A DNA stretch of 64,000 nt from an uncultured Candidatus Saccharibacteria bacterium (GTDB lineage: Bacteria; Patescibacteriota; Saccharimonadia; Saccharimonadales; Saccharimonadaceae). A model generated the notes under the pieces. That model had not been told where the DNA came from. It made no database searches and saw only the letters and a program-made list of their open reading frames with translations. Of this stretch, positions 47,725 through 58,336 are shown piece by piece. Where the stretch lies: positions 1,040-65,039 of the forward strand of contig CAURIK010000003.1 in NCBI GenBank assembly GCA_963525145.1, read 5' to 3'. The position numbers and the translations under genes were made by a program. Position 1 is the first letter of the stretch; the number at the start of each line of letters is the position of its first letter.

Positions 47725-48855
47725 TTAGCCGCGGTGAGCGCTACCAATCGCCTCAGTAATATTCTGAAAGCCATCGCGGTCGAGCAACTTAACTAGGCCT
47801 TCGTTAATTTCGCCGATAACCTGCGGCCCCTCAAACATTAGCGCCGTCACCATAGCCACCAGGCTCGCACCAGCACAAATCTTCTCGTAAGCATCCTCGG
47901 CAGTAAACACGCCGCCGACACCGATAATCACAAAACGATCGCGGTATTTGGCATAAGTTTTGAAAATTAAGCCAGTAGTAAGCTCCCGCGCCGGCTGGCC
48001 GCTGAGATTTCCCCTGATCTCGTTATCCAGCAATTTTGAATTACGCAGCGCCGAGCGGTCCTTGACTAGATTGCCAATCGTTAAACCAGCAATCTCATGC
48101 CGATCAATTACTGCTAGCAGCTTCATAAATTCCGGCCACTTTTTATCTGTCGGCATCTTAACGAAAATTGGCCGCGTTAAGCGCAAGTCATCTACCGCCG
48201 TCAATAATTTATCCAGCCGTGCTGGCGTCGTAAACGGCTCGCCGCCATAAGTATTCGGACAGCTAATATTGATTTCGTACAACGGCGCGCAACCAGCTGC
48301 CTCTAGCTGGCGCAAACTTTGGCAATAGTCGGCAATCGCTTCGCCATCGCTAACATTTTCGGGATTATTGGTTTTAGCAATTGACACGCTCAACGGGAAA
48401 TCGCGCCACAGCCGCCGCGGATACCGCTTAATCCGTTGTATATTGCGAGCGACTCCGTTATTTGCCAAGCCGACGTTAACTACAATCGATTTCTCGCTCG
48501 GTAAGCGGCGAAACCACGGCCGCGGATTACCAGCGCAAACCTGCGCAGTAGTTGAGCCGCCAATTTCGAAACCTAAGCCAATCCGTTTAGCTATTGGCGG
48601 CAAGTCGAAGTTCTTGTCCAGCCCAGCTGACATTCCTAGCGGATTTTTGAATTTTAGGCCTAAAATCTCCTGCTCGAGCCGCGAATTTCGATAATTCCAG
48701 ACTCGCAAAATATTCTCGCCGCGCACTCGGTGCAGTGCTCGCGCCGCTTTGATCATACCCTCATGCGCTTTGTCTGGGTGTTGTCGAAAAAGCAACGGTT
48801 TAGCAAGTTTCTGATAGCCGCTGCGCGAAACTTGGCGCACCACTCGCTTCATCAC
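47725..48855 (-). CDS. pyrD: dihydroorotate dehydrogenase, class 2 (quinone) type
   Basis: NPLG.SAGLDKN, GNPRP..RL, NISCPN, LSG and GVGGV. Confidence 0.88.
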   Translation of the reverse strand: MMKRVVRQVSRSGYQKLAKPLLFRQHPDKAHEGMIKAARALHRVRGENILRVWNYRNSRLEQEILGLKFKNPLGMSAGLDKNFDLPPIAKRIGLGFEIGGSTTAQVCAGNPRPWFRRLPSEKSIVVNVGLANNGVARNIQRIKRYPRRLWRDFPLSVSIAKTNNPENVSDGEAIADYCQSLRQLEAAGCAPLYEINISCPNTYGGEPFTTPARLDKLLTAVDDLRLTRPIFVKMPTDKKWPEFMKLLAVIDRHEIAGLTIGNLVKDRSALRNSKLLDNEIRGNLSGQPARELTTGLIFKTYAKYRDRFVIIGVGGVFTAEDAYEKICAGASLVAMVTALMFEGPQVIGEINEGLVKLLDRDGFQNITEAIGSAHRG

Positions 48856-50099
48856 AATTCCTCGCGATTACCTAGATACGGCCGCAGTACCTCTGGTACG
48901 CGCAGTTTACCGTCATCGGTCTGGTAATTCTCGATGATTGCTACTAGCGAGCGCGCCAAGCTCACCGCTGTACCGTTAAGCGTGTGAAGTACCTGCAGCG
49001 AGCCGTCGCTGCGGCGCACGCGAATATTGAGATTACGCGCCTGAAAATCAGTACAATTCGAGCAGCTAGTCAACTCGCGATACTGGTTATCAACTGGCGA
49101 CCAGTACTCGATATCATATTTTTTGGCTGCTGGCGCACCGAGGTCGCCAGCCGCGATATTCACCACATGGTACGGCACGCCTAAGTTTTGCCAAATTTCT
49201 TCCTCGATCGACAAGATTTTTTCGTGCATCTGGACTGATTGTTCTGGTGTACAAAAGATATACATTTCCAGCTTATTGAACTGGTGCACGCGGAATAGTC
49301 CGCGACTAAACTTGCCAGCTGCACCCGCTTCTTTGCGGTAGCAAGGGCTATAGCCAGCATAGAGCAGCGGCAGATTTTTCTCGTCGATGATTTCGTCAGC
49401 ATGAAAGCCAGTCAGCGGCGCCTCGGCCGTGCCGATCAACATGACGTCTTCGCCGTCGATGAAATACTCATTGCTTTCTTTGTCGCTCTTCGGAGCAAAA
49501 CCGGAACCGCGCGCCACCCGGCCCGACACCATATGCGGTACTGTCATCGGCGTAAATCCTTTAGAAATCAACAGATTCAGCGCATACTGATAAATCGCAT
49601 TCTCTAGCAGCATCAAATCGCCCTTGATGTAGTAGAATTTCGTGCCAGCCACCTTGGCACCGCGCTCAAAATCGAGCCAGCCGCGCTGCGTCGCAAACTC
49701 AAGGTGATCTTCTGCCGATTGGCGTTTGTCTCCCCACGCCTTAACTTCGACGCTGTCTTCCTCGCCGCCTAGCGGTACGTCCTCGAGCGTTACATTCGGC
49801 ACAGCGTCCATCTGTGCTTGGAAATCCGCGTCAACATCATGCAATTCGCTTTCTAATTCTGCTAGCTTTCCCTTCAGCGACCGGCCTTTTTCGACTAATT
49901 CTGGCGCTGGTTTACCGCCATTCATCTGGCTAGCAATTTCGTTGCGCTGCGTGCGCAATTCATCAACCTGCTGCTGCAATTGCCGTCGCTGCTCATCAGT
50001 GTCTAACAAACGAGCAATCGATACGTCATTGTAGCCTTTATTTTTTGCCGATTCCTGAACGCGATCGGCGTGTTCTCGAATATAGCGAATATCTAGCAT
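48852..50099 (-). CDS. serS: serine--tRNA ligase
   Basis: MLDI, GTAE, YRKEAG, RVHQF.K.E, SCSNCTDFQAR and HTLNG. Confidence 0.96.
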   Translation of the reverse strand: MLDIRYIREHADRVQESAKNKGYNDVSIARLLDTDEQRRQLQQQVDELRTQRNEIASQMNGGKPAPELVEKGRSLKGKLAELESELHDVDADFQAQMDAVPNVTLEDVPLGGEEDSVEVKAWGDKRQSAEDHLEFATQRGWLDFERGAKVAGTKFYYIKGDLMLLENAIYQYALNLLISKGFTPMTVPHMVSGRVARGSGFAPKSDKESNEYFIDGEDVMLIGTAEAPLTGFHADEIIDEKNLPLLYAGYSPCYRKEAGAAGKFSRGLFRVHQFNKLEMYIFCTPEQSVQMHEKILSIEEEIWQNLGVPYHVVNIAAGDLGAPAAKKYDIEYWSPVDNQYRELTSCSNCTDFQARNLNIRVRRSDGSLQVLHTLNGTAVSLARSLVAIIENYQTDDGKLRVPEVLRPYLGNREEL

Positions 50100-50177
50100 A
50101 GCATTAGTATATCATCTCGTGATACCGTACGCCAACAAATCTATTAATCGTATCAAACCAACTTATTTCGCTGTAAA

Positions 50178-51545
50178 TTACTCTGTTCGCAGCGCCTCAA
50201 TCGGGTCAAGTTTCGCTGCCTTGCGGCTCGGCAGCCAGCCAGCTACAATTGCCACCAACATCAGAGACAACACTACAACGACAGCGTCTAGCGGCTGGAA
50301 AATCAGCAAATCGTGCTTACCTAGGCTCAATGCCTTGGAAATCATTGGGTTCGCTAGCGTACCAGCACCCCAAGCGCCCAGCACGCCAAGCATACCGCCC
50401 AAAAAGCCAACCCAAGCTGCTTCGTAGCGGAACAACCGCCCAATATCACGCTTCGACGCGCCCAAAGCTTTCATCAGACCAATCTGCTGCGTCCGCTCGA
50501 GCACCGAAATATACATAGTGTTAATAATCCCGAATACACTCACCACCAAAGCCAAAATACCAAAACCCATCACAATAGTTTGCAAAATATTTACGAAAGT
50601 AAAAATCATACTCTGTACATCTTTCGAAGTCATCGACGAATAGCCAGCGTCCTTCAAGCTATCGCGAACTTCCTCGGGAGTTTTACCGCCCGTGGCTGTT
50701 GCATTAGCAAAAATATACTTTTGATAAGCATCAGTTCCAGCAGTACTAAAGTCCGTTAATTCCTTAGCATCGCTCGAATCAATATACAGATTTGGCCGGC
50801 TAGCCATCTGGTCTGGCGATTTCTTGACAACTGCCGCAATTTTAAACTGTTTATTTAGCATTTTGCCGCTTAGCAACTCTTTCACGCCAGTTTCGCCTTC
50901 CTCGGCATATACCCGCTGAATTGTCGCACTATCTACCTGCTGCGGCTGCTGGCTAACGGTAATCGTTAGCATCGAACCAACCACCTCTGCCGCTGTTTTA
51001 CCTAATTTTTCAGTGTAACTCTCTGGTATGACCGCTTCGTCTGGCGCTAGTTTTGTCCCCGATTTGATCTCGCGACCAGCCGCAGTCTCTAGCTGCAAGC
51101 TATTATCGCGCATCATGACTTGAGCGACGTATTTTTTGTCACCTTTTACGCTAAAGGTCACGTATTTCGGCTGCAGTTGATAACCCGGCTCAACATTTTT
51201 GAGATCCTTGCGCTGGCGCAGCTTTTCGATATCGCTTTGGGTGAGCGTGTCGTAATCTTGGCCATAGTACGATTTTGCATTCGGATTGTACTCAGTTAGT
51301 TCATTTCTGCTGCCGGTAGCTGCGCCAGCGGTAACAACCCGCTTATCTTTGGCAATAATCAAGCCGTTCGGATCAATATTACTGCTGATTATCCGATCAA
51401 CGTACTGCCTAGCACCCTCACCAACCATCAGGCTAGCCATAATCGCGAAGCCGCCGACAGCAATAGCTACGCTTGTCAAAATTGTCCGCATTTTGGCGCG
51501 GCGCAAATTACGGCCGGCTCTAGCCACGATATCGGTAGTTTTCAT
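50178..51545 (-). CDS. MacB/FtsX-family ABC transporter permease
   Basis: RT.LT, GIINTM..SV.ERT..IG..KALGA and P..KAAKLDPIEALR. Confidence 0.9.
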   Translation of the reverse strand: MKTTDIVARAGRNLRRAKMRTILTSVAIAVGGFAIMASLMVGEGARQYVDRIISSNIDPNGLIIAKDKRVVTAGAATGSRNELTEYNPNAKSYYGQDYDTLTQSDIEKLRQRKDLKNVEPGYQLQPKYVTFSVKGDKKYVAQVMMRDNSLQLETAAGREIKSGTKLAPDEAVIPESYTEKLGKTAAEVVGSMLTITVSQQPQQVDSATIQRVYAEEGETGVKELLSGKMLNKQFKIAAVVKKSPDQMASRPNLYIDSSDAKELTDFSTAGTDAYQKYIFANATATGGKTPEEVRDSLKDAGYSSMTSKDVQSMIFTFVNILQTIVMGFGILALVVSVFGIINTMYISVLERTQQIGLMKALGASKRDIGRLFRYEAAWVGFLGGMLGVLGAWGAGTLANPMISKALSLGKHDLLIFQPLDAVVVVLSLMLVAIVAGWLPSRKAAKLDPIEALRTE

Positions 51546-52312
51546 TATTTTTCCTCCTCTGTAAATTTGCCGGTCGACTTATTTTTAGCAGCGGGTTTCT
51601 CTACTTTCTTGCTACGAGTTTTAGCAGTCGATTTCTCGGCAGCAGAATCCGATTCAATCTTGCCATCTTTGATATGAATCACCCGCTGACATTTTTGTGC
51701 TAAGTCTTCATCATGAGTCACGATAATTAGCGTAGCGTTGTTTTCTTTACAATAATTAAACAACAAATCCTCAATCACTTTTGAAGTTGCCGAGTCAAGA
51801 TTACCAGTCGGCTCATCAGCAAATAAGATTTGCGGCCGGCCGACAATCGCCCGAGCAATCGCCAAACGCTGTTTTTGCCCGCCTGAAAGGTCTTTGGCGC
51901 GCGACTTGATCTTGTCACCCAAATCAACCGCTTCCAGAGCTTCAATAATCCGTTTCTTGCGGCCGATTCTCGCCACGCCCGCCGTCTCTAACGCCAAACT
52001 GACATTATCGTAACAACTCTCGCCTCCCTCGACGAAGAAACTCTGGAAGATAAAACCCATTTCTTGAGCCCGGAATTTGTCGGTAGCCCGCGGCTTCAGC
52101 CGCAAAATGTCTTCGCCGTCAATTAGCACCTTGCCCTTTTGCGGCTTGTCTAGCCCAGAAATTGCATGCATCAGCGTCGATTTGCCGCTGCCGGATTTAC
52201 CCAGAACTGCTACGCTCGATCCCTTCTCAATATCCAAACTAACGCCATCCAGCGCCTTAAAAGCATTCTTCTTTTTGCCATATATTTTAGTAATGTTTTT
52301 GACTTCTATCAT
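51545..52312 (-). CDS. ABC transporter ATP-binding protein (LolD/MacB-like)
   Basis: [25 protein letters not shown] and VTHD. Confidence 0.92.
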   Translation of the reverse strand: MIEVKNITKIYGKKKNAFKALDGVSLDIEKGSSVAVLGKSGSGKSTLMHAISGLDKPQKGKVLIDGEDILRLKPRATDKFRAQEMGFIFQSFFVEGGESCYDNVSLALETAGVARIGRKKRIIEALEAVDLGDKIKSRAKDLSGGQKQRLAIARAIVGRPQILFADEPTGNLDSATSKVIEDLLFNYCKENNATLIIVTHDEDLAQKCQRVIHIKDGKIESDSAAEKSTAKTRSKKVEKPAAKNKSTGKFTEEEK

Positions 52313-52325
52313 TCAGCTTTCCTCC

Positions 52326-53162
52326 TTATATCGCTGTTATTGCGCCAGTCGTTAGCAATAATATAATTATCAACCCCAGACCGATGCGGTACCGAATAAA
52401 CAGCGAAAAGTCATTGCGGGCGACAAATTTCAGCAGCCACGCAATCGACCAATAGCCAACCGCAAAAGCCACCGCCGTCGCCAAAATTGTTGGCACCCAA
52501 CCAACGCCGCCGCCAATATATTTGTAAGCAGTCATCGCCTCTAACAAACCAGCCGCTACCAAGGCTGGAATACCCAGGAAGAAACTTAATTTCGTCACCG
52601 TTACCCGATCAAAACCGCGGAATAGCCCCACCGAAATCGTCGCTCCTGAACGCGACACGCCTGGAATCAGCGCTAAGCACTGCCCCAAACCAATCGCTAG
52701 CGTATCCCGCCAAGTTGTCTGCCGCTCGCCGCGCCGCACAGCGCTGCATTTGTCGGCTAGCCACATCACCAGGCTCCAGCCAATCAACGCAAAGGCCACA
52801 AACCATAAGCTGCGCAGCACTGTTTCGACCTCATTTTTGAGAGCATAACCGATAGCCGCAATCGGCAGCGATCCAATAATAATCGCCCAGCCATATTTGT
52901 AATCAAACTGCCGCCGCGCCCGTTTCCACCACAAGCCGCGCCACCAGGCACTCATCACCCGCCAAATATCATCTCGGAAATAAATTATCGCTGCAGCGAT
53001 AGCGCCAATTTGAATAATAGCCGTAAAAGCCGTCAAACTTGGATCGTTGATCCGCATACCCATCAACTTCTCGACAATCGTCAAATGCCCGGTCGACGAC
53101 ACTGGCAAAAACTCCGTTACTCCCTCGACAATACCCAATATGATAGCCTGCCACCATTCCAT
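52326..53162 (-). CDS. uppP: undecaprenyl-diphosphate phosphatase
   Basis: EG.TEFLPVSSTGH and PGVSRSGATI. Confidence 0.95.
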   Translation of the reverse strand: MEWWQAIILGIVEGVTEFLPVSSTGHLTIVEKLMGMRINDPSLTAFTAIIQIGAIAAAIIYFRDDIWRVMSAWWRGLWWKRARRQFDYKYGWAIIIGSLPIAAIGYALKNEVETVLRSLWFVAFALIGWSLVMWLADKCSAVRRGERQTTWRDTLAIGLGQCLALIPGVSRSGATISVGLFRGFDRVTVTKLSFFLGIPALVAAGLLEAMTAYKYIGGGVGWVPTILATAVAFAVGYWSIAWLLKFVARNDFSLFIRYRIGLGLIIILLLTTGAITAI

Positions 53163-53239
53163 AATATTTAATAGTATAGCATCTGCAGCCGCCTCGGCAA
53201 AAAAACTCAGCTATTTTTGCCCTTTTTACACTAAAAATG

Positions 53240-53268
53240 TTGACATAAGCGTGATTTTTTGCTATAAG
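53240..53268 (+). promoter_or_regulatory. promoter TTGACA-N17-TATAAG
   Basis: Upstream of the 53309 ORF. Confidence 0.65.
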
Positions 53269-53308
53269 TTGTATAGAAAGTCAGACAAAAATAAAAAGGA
53301 ATAACAAA

Positions 53309-54628
53309 ATGTGGCGAGAAAGAATGCCAACATCAACAGGTACGGCCGAACACGAAAGTCCTGGACGATCGCCTACGCCAAAAGAAATAGCTGATGTCAT
53401 AGATGGGGCCGAAGAACTCACTAGACAAGCTGCCGAGTCTGAGCAATCGCCTACATATAGCGCCGCAGCTGAAGCAGAACAATACACTGCGGAAGCCGCC
53501 GCCGAATACGAAGGTGTCGAACCCGGCCAAGAAAGCGCTGAAGACGCCGCCGAGGTACAGGCTAACGAGACACTGCGCACTGACGCTGAAATTCTAGGCA
53601 ATCGCTACCCAGTTAGTCAAATGATAAAAGGCGCTGGTAATACACTACAATGGGGCAAGGAAAGAGCTGCAGCAGCTTGGAATAATGCCATGGAGCAGCC
53701 AGGCCTCTTGATGGATAAGTTTATGCACGGCCTAGCCCAAAGCTCGTATGACCGGCGCAAGGCAAAGCTTGACGAGGTTGCTCATCTCAGCGACAATCAC
53801 CCGCTTAAAAAATTCCGTATGAGGAAGCTTCAAAAAGCTGAGGCTCGCCTGAACAAACGCAAAGCAAATCTCGAAATACGACAGAATCGGATGACTGGGC
53901 GCGTAGAAGCCGTCAAAAACGCCTATGAAGCACGCCGCGAAGCTACTATTGCTGAACTATCAAAACGTCGAGATGAGGCTCTTGCTCGCAAAGAAACTCG
54001 TAGAAAATTACGCAAACAAGGTGCAGGCTGGCTTGAGGCTCGTAAAGCTGCCAAAGAACACGTCAACTCTATACCAGAAAATCAACGCCGCCGCATCGCT
54101 AGCGCCCTTCTGAACGCCGTCGAAGCCAACAAAAACTCGCAAGATGCTAGCTGGCAAGCGCGATACGCCGAGCGAGCTTCTGCTGACGCACAAAATCGAG
54201 TTGAATCAATTGGCGGACAGCTTCAGCAGACCAGAACCGAGCTAAATAGTATGCGCCAGCAAGCTGGAGAAATCGCCAACATGGAGTCAGACCTGGTTTC
54301 GGTCAGAGAGAATGCGGCTAAGCTTCAAGAAAAAGCCGACTCGCTATCCGATGATAGCGCCAACAAATTTGCAGCAATGTACGAAGCCATCAAGGCTCAG
54401 CAACAACAAGAAAATATGGAGAAAGCAATCGCCGACTACAATAAGCGTCTAGCTGAGCTGCAGCGACAGGAGACGCAACTTGCGCAGTCGCTGATTCAAG
54501 CTCAAAAAGACGTCGAAAATACCGGTAAAGCCCTTGAAGCCAGCGCGCAAAACGAGATTGCTGCAAAGAAGAAAGCCGAAGCAACCCAGCAAGCTAGAGA
54601 CCGTAGCGTCGAAAATACCTTTGTCTAA
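53309..54628 (+). CDS. hypothetical long coiled-coil protein
   Basis: 439 aa, acidic N-terminus, basic middle, heptad-rich C-terminus; AAAGGA SD. Confidence 0.8.
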   Translation: MWRERMPTSTGTAEHESPGRSPTPKEIADVIDGAEELTRQAAESEQSPTYSAAAEAEQYTAEAAAEYEGVEPGQESAEDAAEVQANETLRTDAEILGNRYPVSQMIKGAGNTLQWGKERAAAAWNNAMEQPGLLMDKFMHGLAQSSYDRRKAKLDEVAHLSDNHPLKKFRMRKLQKAEARLNKRKANLEIRQNRMTGRVEAVKNAYEARREATIAELSKRRDEALARKETRRKLRKQGAGWLEARKAAKEHVNSIPENQRRRIASALLNAVEANKNSQDASWQARYAERASADAQNRVESIGGQLQQTRTELNSMRQQAGEIANMESDLVSVRENAAKLQEKADSLSDDSANKFAAMYEAIKAQQQQENMEKAIADYNKRLAELQRQETQLAQSLIQAQKDVENTGKALEASAQNEIAAKKKAEATQQARDRSVENTFV

Positions 54629-54657
54629 GTTAAAACAGAAAAAGAAAGGATAACATC

Positions 54658-54954
54658 ATGCCAATTTTAAGCCGTAGTCTCCTCGCAGATTTAGGAATCA
54701 ATCTATCAGACGAAGATTTCCAATCGCTTGCCGACCATTTTGAATCGACGCTAGAAGAACGCGTCATCAACGAAATCGTCCTCGAGCTATCACCAGAGCA
54801 AGCCGAAGAACTATCACACATGCAAGAAGCCAGTGACGACCAAATCGTCGATTGGGTACGCGCCAATGTACCAGACTTTGCAGATATTGTGTCTGATGAA
54901 ATCGATATCTTGCTCGGCGAGCTAGCTGAGGATAGCGAGAAAATGGCCGCCTAA
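54658..54954 (+). CDS. small acidic DUF5663-like protein
   Basis: L..LG, TLEERV...I...LS..Q..E, W...NVPD...IV..E pattern recalled from CPR DUF5663. Confidence 0.7.
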   Translation: MPILSRSLLADLGINLSDEDFQSLADHFESTLEERVINEIVLELSPEQAEELSHMQEASDDQIVDWVRANVPDFADIVSDEIDILLGELAEDSEKMAA

Positions 54955-54987
54955 GCCAAGATACCGATAGCCTCGACAGCTCAAAAG

Positions 54988-56490
54988 CTATAACTTCACT
55001 TCTGGATAAATTGCCCGCGTCGTCTCGTCAATCTCGCTTCTTAGCTGCGGGAATGGCACGCCCTCGCGGGCAGTTACACCTTCAAAAATCCAAAATACCC
55101 GCTCAGAATAACCCCAACCACAAGCTGGCGGCATACCGTATTCCAACATTTCCACGAAGTCAATATCCAGCATCATCGCCTCGTCATCGCCGGCATCGCG
55201 CATCCGCTGCTGCTCAACAAAGCGATTCAACTGATCAATCGGGTCATTCAGCTCGGAAAAACCATTGCCCAGCTCTGACCCGGCAATAATCGGCTGAAAA
55301 CGCTCCACGGTCTGCGGATTGTCAGGGTTAGTTTTGGACAGCGGACTGATGAACTTCGGCGTATTCACCAACCACACCGGCCCCGCCACATCTTTACGAA
55401 TATTCTTCCATAATTTATCAATGCCGCGCGGGATAGAGTCAGTCTTCTCCACTTCCAAACCATGCTCTTTCAACTTGGCGGCCACCTCTTCAATCGTTGT
55501 ATTATACACATCAATTCCATAGTGTTTGTTGATCACCTCAGCGTAATCCCAAACTTCCCACTCGCCGCTCATATCCACCGTGAACCGGCCCAGCTGAAAC
55601 TGCAGCGTGCCAAACGTTTCCTGCAATACATATTTATACATATCCTCCATGAAGCGCATACCAGCTCGCCAATCCCAATACGCGGCGTACCACTCCATAG
55701 CGATATGTTCTGGCAAATGCTCATCGGAATAATTCTCATTGCGAAAGCGTGGACCAAGGTCATAAACCTTCTCAAACCCAGCGCCGATCAACCGCTTGAG
55801 CGGCAGCTCGTGAGAAATACGCAAGTAGAATTGCTGATTATCCAACGCGTCCATATGCGTCACAAACGGGTTAGCATCAGCGCCACCAGTCGTATGCTCC
55901 AACACCGGCACATTCACCTCAGTAAAGCCGTGGCTGTTTAGATAATCGCGCGTCGCCTGCCAGAACTTGCTGCGGCGAATAAACCGCTGGCGCACCTCTG
56001 GATTGACATTCATATCGACATAGCGGCGACGGAAACGCTCTTCTTTGTTTTCCAATTTCTCCGGCATCGGCCGCAGCGACTTAGTCAGTAAGCGCAACTC
56101 ACGCACGCCAACCGACTTCTCGCCAGTCTGCGTCGTCGTCATCACTCCGCGCGCCTCGACAAAGTCGCCCGTATCAAGAAGCTTCAGCTGTTTCATACCC
56201 AATACGCCGCGGCCAGCGTCCAGCTCCGCCACGTCATCGCGCTGCAAGTATAGCTGCACCTCACCACTCCCGTCGCGCAGTTTAATGAAAGCTAGCTTAC
56301 CAAAACTGCGGATTGAAGCGATGCGGCCTGCCACGACCACTTCCCGGCCTGCCAGCTCATCATAATGCGCTAAAACCTCGCTGCAACCATGCGTCCGCTC
56401 CGACCGCGCCGGATACGGATCAACACCCAATTCACGCAGGGTTTCTAATTTTCGCAAACGTTCGTTTCGATAATCTTGCAGTGTAGCCAT
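54988..56490 (-). CDS. lysS: lysine--tRNA ligase (class II)
   Basis: GK..F, GGA.A.PF.T, LRIS.EL.LKRL, FRNE, ELNDP and EYGMPP. Confidence 0.96.
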   Translation of the reverse strand: MATLQDYRNERLRKLETLRELGVDPYPARSERTHGCSEVLAHYDELAGREVVVAGRIASIRSFGKLAFIKLRDGSGEVQLYLQRDDVAELDAGRGVLGMKQLKLLDTGDFVEARGVMTTTQTGEKSVGVRELRLLTKSLRPMPEKLENKEERFRRRYVDMNVNPEVRQRFIRRSKFWQATRDYLNSHGFTEVNVPVLEHTTGGADANPFVTHMDALDNQQFYLRISHELPLKRLIGAGFEKVYDLGPRFRNENYSDEHLPEHIAMEWYAAYWDWRAGMRFMEDMYKYVLQETFGTLQFQLGRFTVDMSGEWEVWDYAEVINKHYGIDVYNTTIEEVAAKLKEHGLEVEKTDSIPRGIDKLWKNIRKDVAGPVWLVNTPKFISPLSKTNPDNPQTVERFQPIIAGSELGNGFSELNDPIDQLNRFVEQQRMRDAGDDEAMMLDIDFVEMLEYGMPPACGWGYSERVFWIFEGVTAREGVPFPQLRSEIDETTRAIYPEVKL

Positions 56491-56522
56491 AATTATTTAT
56501 TATAGCACGCCCCTGTTAGTAG

Positions 56523-56978
56523 CTACGAAATTGCTTTGATTGCGTAGATAGTCTCGCCTTTGGGTGTGTTAATAGCGGCGGTATCGCCCACTACCTTATC
56601 AATTAGTGCCACGCCCAGCGGCGATTCGTCGCTAATTTTGCCATTCAGCGGATCGGCTTCAACCGGGCCAACAACCGTATATTCAAATATTTTACCGCCA
56701 GATTCAAGCGTCACTCGACTACCCAAACTAACTTTATGAGTGGTGCCGCCCTTGATATCCTCGGCGTTCTGCAAAATATCCTCAATCTCGGCAATACGCG
56801 TCTCGACTAGGCCTTGCTCTTCGCGCGCCTGATCATACTCGGCGTTCTCGCTCAAATCGCCGTAACCGCGCGCTTCAGCGATTTTCTCGGCAATCTCGCC
56901 GCGGCGACCCTTCAAGGCAGCTAGCTCTTCTTCAAGCTCTTTTCTTCCATCCTCGGTGATCTGATATGCTTTTTTCAT
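56523..56978 (-). CDS. greA: transcription elongation factor GreA
   Basis: GDLSENAEY and IS.ESPLG. Confidence 0.95.
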   Translation of the reverse strand: MKKAYQITEDGRKELEEELAALKGRRGEIAEKIAEARGYGDLSENAEYDQAREEQGLVETRIAEIEDILQNAEDIKGGTTHKVSLGSRVTLESGGKIFEYTVVGPVEADPLNGKISDESPLGVALIDKVVGDTAAINTPKGETIYAIKAIS

Positions 56979-57058
56979 GAGTTTTACTCCTTTCGTTATA
57001 CCGCCCGAAACTTTCTCTGTCTAGAGAAACCCCAGCCCTCCAATACAAAATACTCAGA

Positions 57059-58297
57059 TTAGTTCAGTGTAGCAAGCAACTCATCTGCCGTCAAGAGCCG
57101 TTGTTCGCCAGTCTGACGCGTTGACACCTCCCATTTACCATCATCAAGCAAGCGATCGCTGACCGTCACCCGATACGGAATGCCCAGCAGTTCGGCATCA
57201 GCAAATTTAACCCCTGGACGCTCGTCGCGATCGTCATAGATAGTTTCGACCCCCGCAGATTGCAACTTCTGGTAGAGTTCGTCAGCTGTAGCACGCGACT
57301 GGCTGCCAATTTGCACCAGATATACTTTAGCAGGTGCAATATTTTCCGGCCAAACCAGCCCCTTGTCATCAGCAAATTTCTCAACAATTACGCCCATCAC
57401 CCGAGTGATGCCGATACCGTAGCTGCCCATATAAGCGTACTGCTCTACGCCCTCAGCGTCAGTAAAGACCAGGCGCATTTCCTCGGACTTTTGCGTACCG
57501 AAGTTAAAGATGTTGCCAACCTCAGCAGTTTTAACCCGTTCTAACTCGCTGCGGTCAATACCCAGCTCCTTAACAGCGTCATCCAAAACTTCCTCGTTCA
57601 CGGCAATATTTTTGCCGTGATGCAGATAAATATAATCCTCGCCAGCGTCACAAATCGTCTGAAATTCGTGGCTAAATTTAGTGAAAGCTCCGCCCGAGGC
57701 AAACGTCACATATGTCTCATCGCCGATACCAAAGCGGTCGTAGCAGCGCTTGTAAGCCTCAATCGCGGCGTTATAATACTTATCCAAGTCTTCTTTGCTG
57801 GCGTGCACCGAGTACATATCTTTCATAACGAACTCGCGGCCGCGCATAATACCGCTTTTGGCGCGCAGCTCGTTGCGCAGCTTGTTCTGGAACTGGTAAA
57901 CGCTAATCGGCAAATCCTTATAGCTCTTCAAATAATTACGCAACAAATCAACAATCGGCTCTTCGTGCGTCCAGCCGAAACCGACCTCGGTGCCGTCTTG
58001 CAGATGAGACTTAAACCAAACATCGACCAGATCATCGCTCCAGCGTCCAGTCTCCTGCCATAATTCCTTGCTCTGCAGCGTGCTCATCACCAATTCTTGG
58101 CTGCCAATTTTATTCATTTCTTCGCGGACAATTTGCTTGATATTCTCAACCACCTTTAGTCCCAGCGGCAAGTATGAATAAACGCCCGCCATCGTTTTAT
58201 GCACGTAGCCAGCGCGAATCAGCAGCTGGGCATTACGCGCCACCTCGTCAGCTGGCGCCTGCTTGATAGTTCGAGTAAAATTCTTACTTAGTCTCAT
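57059..58297 (-). CDS. proS: proline--tRNA ligase (short, no insertion editing domain)
   Basis: LLIRAG, THEE, R.E.R...G..R.REF.MKD.YS, EVG.IF and MGSYGIG. Confidence 0.93.
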   Translation of the reverse strand: MRLSKNFTRTIKQAPADEVARNAQLLIRAGYVHKTMAGVYSYLPLGLKVVENIKQIVREEMNKIGSQELVMSTLQSKELWQETGRWSDDLVDVWFKSHLQDGTEVGFGWTHEEPIVDLLRNYLKSYKDLPISVYQFQNKLRNELRAKSGIMRGREFVMKDMYSVHASKEDLDKYYNAAIEAYKRCYDRFGIGDETYVTFASGGAFTKFSHEFQTICDAGEDYIYLHHGKNIAVNEEVLDDAVKELGIDRSELERVKTAEVGNIFNFGTQKSEEMRLVFTDAEGVEQYAYMGSYGIGITRVMGVIVEKFADDKGLVWPENIAPAKVYLVQIGSQSRATADELYQKLQSAGVETIYDDRDERPGVKFADAELLGIPYRVTVSDRLLDDGKWEVSTRQTGEQRLLTADELLATLN

Positions 58298-58336
58298 AAT
58301 ATCCTCATTTTACCGTGAATCACGCATATCAACAAA

